The position numbers and the translations under genes are program-made. Positions 13,910 to 14,764 of a DNA stretch of 14,764 bases are shown here, in pieces (the stretch's first letter is position 1; every line of letters begins with the position of its first letter). Source of the stretch: Armatimonadota bacterium (GTDB taxonomy: Bacteria; Armatimonadota; Armatimonadia; Armatimonadales; Armatimonadaceae); contig JAYUUO010000082.1 of NCBI GenBank assembly GCA_043754515.1, positions 1 through 14,764 of the forward strand, given 5' to 3'. The notes beneath the pieces were generated by a model. It was not told the origin of the DNA, did no database searches, and worked only from the letters and a program-made list of their open reading frames with translations.

Positions 13910-14561
13910 CATTCTCGCCGGGATACTGGCAGTGCTTTTCCTAGCGGCGGGTAACGCACTGGCGCAGGGCACGCTGAAGCAGATTGAAGCCGACCCGCTC
14001 CCCGCCTCCGTGCGGGAGGGGACCGCGCAGTCGTTCCGCTTGCAGTTCCGCAAGGCGAGCGGGGCGCGCATCAAGACCGCCGTTCTGTCGCTCGACTCAC
14101 CGAGCGGAACCGGAGCCAAGATCAACGGCACTGCCGTGACGCAGGACACGGCGGCAGGGGCCGACATTAAGTGGAACGCCAAACTGAACGAGCCAGGGAC
14201 CTACAAGGCGACTTTCATCGTCACCGACGGCGACGGCGACACGACGACCTACCCGACGAAGGACGAAGAGGCGTACAAGTTCACGGTCGAGAATCTGTGG
14301 ATCAAGGTTGCCATCTTCGCGGTCACGGTTTTGGTCGGACTGCTGTTTCTGCCGTTCCTCGTTTACACCATCTTCCGCTCGATGAACCAGCGCGGCGACC
14401 CGTCCGGCGCGGCGCGGGGCGGTCTGATGATCGGCATTCTAATCTGCGGCGCGGTGTTCATCTGGGAGTTCGCCTCGTTCCTCGGTCCACTAGCGTTCGG
14501 GATCGGGATTCTGATCGCTCTCGTCGGCATTGTGATGGTGCTGACACAGAAGCGGCGGTAG
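13887..14561 (+). CDS. Membrane protein: signal peptide, Ig/PKD-like extracellular domain, three C-terminal TM helices
   Basis: The signal ends ALA|QG. A beta-rich segment 'LNEPGTYKATFIVTDGDG' is followed by three hydrophobic segments and a KRR tail. It overlaps the upstream gene by 23 bp. Confidence 0.8.
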   Translation: MIRPKVFNILAGILAVLFLAAGNALAQGTLKQIEADPLPASVREGTAQSFRLQFRKASGARIKTAVLSLDSPSGTGAKINGTAVTQDTAAGADIKWNAKLNEPGTYKATFIVTDGDGDTTTYPTKDEEAYKFTVENLWIKVAIFAVTVLVGLLFLPFLVYTIFRSMNQRGDPSGAARGGLMIGILICGAVFIWEFASFLGPLAFGIGILIALVGIVMVLTQKRR

Positions 14562-14577
14562 CCGCGCCTACGTGCTT

Positions 14578-14595
14578 CCGCCGCGAATGCGGCGG
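14578..14595. terminator. GC-rich hairpin after the operon (no U-tract)
   Basis: CCGCCGC-GAAT-GCGGCGG, with possible outer pairing between CCGCGCC (14562-14568) and GGCGCGG (14597-14603). Confidence 0.4.
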
Positions 14596-14726
14596 GGGCG
14601 CGGTGATTCGACCGATGGCGATGACGCAGGTCGGAATGGTGGTCGAGCAGGTTGAAACCCGACACGCGGCCGCGCGACATAACACCGGCGCGAACCTTGA
14701 CCGTAGGAGGGCGATAGCATCACATC

Positions 14727-14764
14727 ATGGAACTCAAACCAGTAGATTTAGGTAGCGACCTCGC
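14727..14764 (+). CDS. Possible start of the next gene (MELKPVDLGSDL…), truncated by the window end
   Basis: AGGAGG at 14705-14710 (a long 16-nt spacing), then ATG and an open frame to the window edge. Confidence 0.3.
   Translation, partial: MELKPVDLGSDL

Noticed and set aside
14171..14755. 194-aa plus-strand ORF
   Set aside because: An off-frame, Arg-rich overlap of the 3-TM gene.

Overview
A high-GC bacterial window, probably Armatimonadota or a relative. That is inferred from the DUF1559/H-X9-DG prepilin-like gene and the overall gene content, and is not proven. Left to right it holds six blocks. (1) A degenerate IS630 remnant (1-425) with two apparent internal deletions, abutting a lower-GC, probably disrupted orphan gene (425-1083). 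(2) A glycan-utilisation cassette: a near-consensus sigma70 promoter carrying tandem LacI-type operators, then a LacI repressor, a prepilin-type DUF1559/H-X9-DG protein, a small lipoprotein and a secreted GH12 hydrolase, ending at a hairpin. (3) Oligopeptidase B on the minus strand. (4) A 200-bp REP/MITE-like element with 55-bp inverted arms. (5) A minus-strand trio: a secreted DUF1326 Cys-rich protein, an RBBP9/YdeN hydrolase, and a stand-alone GyrB N-terminal (ATPase + transducer) protein with no TOPRIM domain and degenerate ATPase residues. (6) On the plus strand, gmhA-like and gmhB-like genes, then a membrane operon: a tail-anchored pseudokinase, a VWA-TM-degenerate-FHA protein, and an Ig-like/3-TM protein. 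The best candidates for undescribed systems are the pseudokinase/pseudo-FHA/VWA operon, the inactive-looking GyrB43 paralogue (a possible decoy), and the LacI-controlled pilin-like/lipoprotein/GH12 cassette. All family calls rest on motifs recognised by eye; no searches were run.
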